From NCBI GenBank assembly GCA_051746405.1, contig JBNJFB010000030.1:1-27763 (forward strand): a stretch of 27,763 bases of DNA, written 5' to 3'. Below, in pieces: positions 27,738 through 27,763 of the stretch. How positions within the stretch are numbered: position 1 is the stretch's first letter; every line of letters begins with the position of its first letter. The notes beneath the pieces were generated by a model. That model saw only the letters and a list, made by a program, of their open reading frames with translations, was not told where the DNA came from and did not search any database. The DNA is from Campylobacterota bacterium (GTDB lineage: Bacteria; Campylobacterota; Campylobacteria; Campylobacterales; Arcobacteraceae). The position numbers were made by a program, and so were the translations under genes.

Positions 27738-27763
27738 TATTTACCTTTATATTTTATTTTTTA

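Noticed and set aside
1..27763. CRISPR array, tRNA/rRNA, IS element or prophage
   Set aside because: The window is almost entirely coding, the largest intergenic gap is about 150 nt, and no spaced repeats or mobility genes were seen.

Overview
AT-rich chromosomal window that looks like Campylobacterota, probably Arcobacteraceae. This is inferred from the aroQ/mqnF/sppA/folK neighbourhood, a CadF-like OmpA, a short ComF and an HNH-fused MutS. The left ~15.3 kb is housekeeping: pta (5'-truncated)-ackA; sppA-mqnF-aroQ on the minus strand; pepP-folK-mnmA; prs; an OmpA/CadF-like porin with Ca-binding-type repeats; lepA; comF; hisH-TIGR01777-hisA; djlA. The right ~12.4 kb is one tightly packed minus-strand run of 13 genes with gaps of 18 nt or less. 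It encodes a DUF1538-DUF1538-PII fusion membrane protein, an atypical thioredoxin, a Haem_bd monoheme cytochrome c, a MutS7-type MutS-HNH protein and a nine-gene Mrp/Mnh antiporter. The antiporter has MBH-like gene order, no canonical MrpA and three MrpD-like subunits. The best candidate for a poorly described system is the transporter-PII fusion. No rRNA, tRNA, CRISPR array, transposase or integrase was recognised. All family calls come from motif recognition, not database searches.
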